A stretch of 64,000 nt of DNA, taken from NCBI GenBank assembly GCA_973895155.1, contig OZ316896.1:13449469-13513468 (forward strand), in the 5' to 3' direction. The stretch is from Marsupella aquatica. Taxonomy: Eukaryota; Plantae; Marchantiophyta. The notes beneath the pieces were generated by a model, which was given only the letters and a program-made list of their open reading frames with translations, had not been told where the DNA came from and made no database searches. The position numbers and the translations under genes are program-made. Each line of letters starts with the position of its first letter. The stretch's first letter is position 1. Positions 62,732 to 64,000 of the stretch are shown piece by piece.

Positions 62732-64000
62732 AGCTTGGAGGCAAAGAGGACTGGAAAAATAGCTCGAGTCAAGGAAGTCAAGAGGAGAGGCCAAAGTTTG
62801 GTGGGCTGGGAGGAGACTGAGGTGAAAGAAAGGCCCTCATATTAAGCCTGTGAGGAGGGGGAGGCAAAAGTCTGGTGCCAGGCAAAGAGCGGAGTTCAAA
62901 TAAAATGAGGAAAAATCTTCAACCATTCAAAATAAATATTATTGGTGAACTAATCACAAAACATTCTCAAATTACGAGCTGGTCAGATTCCCTGCTATGT
63001 GATTTACACTAATAGGCAGGCCCCTGACCTTGCTAATTGCACAGCAATCCTGTTAGCCCATGTCATCCTTCCACGCCATTCACACGTCACCTTTTCTCAG
63101 TTTGAGATCCTTGGCTGCCAAATGCATGCAGTGTGTGCACCACAATTCACTACTTTCTTGAGCGCATTTGTCAACATTTTTAGGCCGAATCAAGTGAATG
63201 GGTTGAATCAATTGTTCTTAGTTGAGTTCCTTGGTGTGAGGCTGTCCGTCATTGATGTTTAGCAAGGTGGGGACTGGGAGATTGGGAATTTGGAGATTAC
63301 AACTTGCAGTCCTTTGTTGTACCAATGCATTAGAGGACAAGAGCAAGATTTGGTCACTACTCTACTCTTATATCTATCCTCAAATCACCAAGGTTAAGTC
63401 ACATCACGTGCGACAAAGTATAGGGTCGTTTTAATAATTTTTGAAAAAAACTTATTAAATTGTCAATGGAAATATATGATTGTTTAATTGCAAAATGCAT
63501 GTGTCTCATCACATGATTATTGTAGTGCAATGTTATGTAAAGTGACTTTAACAAGGTCATGCGGCATCCTTTGCATTGCATTAGTAGAAGACGTTGTCAG
63601 TAGCAAGTAGCCTTTAAGGCCAACCTTGCTACTAGTTATAGGAGGTAGCATTATAGTGAATGTTGGGATGACTCTCAACAAGAGCAAGTATGGTTGGAAG
63701 GTAGAACATCATGTTTAGACTGTATAAATGCAATGAAGTGATTTAGCCTTGAGGTTTTTTACTCCCCATGTCATTATATTTAGTCATCACCATAATATTA
63801 TAAACTCGTATCCTAGGTCATGAAAATTCAATGCATTTTAAATTGTTCAAATATTTAGGATTTTTTAATTTTAAATAATCAAAGCAAACGACAAGGCCGT
63901 CAAATAATTTTTAAAAATGTGTCAAAAGTTTTATGTAAATTATTGTCATTGTTATTGTTTTAAGGGTTTTGGTTGAGCACTCACTCAATTTGTTCAACAC

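Overview
Eukaryotic, intron-containing plant genomic DNA, probably from a non-seed plant (inferred from the hemerythrin-class GST). Positions 1.5-16.8 kb hold two young, full-length, same-strand Ty1/copia retrotransposons with LTRs, tRNA-iMet PBS, PPT and 5-bp TSDs. Three host genes can be fully spliced by eye: a hemerythrin-class GST (-), an F-box/kelch protein (+) and a divergent alpha-tubulin (-). The rest contains solo LTRs, MITE-like hairpins and local duplications. Three observations stand out. (1) An unassigned non-autonomous DNA-transposon family with 13-bp CCCnGGGnCCTCA TIRs and 8-bp TSDs appears as two clean insertions with unrelated interiors (one interior has Helitron-like ends), one decayed copy and a probable excision footprint; the TSD-proven sites all lie in LTR-retrotransposon DNA. 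(2) Both copia families keep a single in-frame UGA at the same gag-pol position, suggesting programmed readthrough or splicing. (3) A three-unit tandem array carries a tiny MEDNREG ORF in each unit. No database searches were run.
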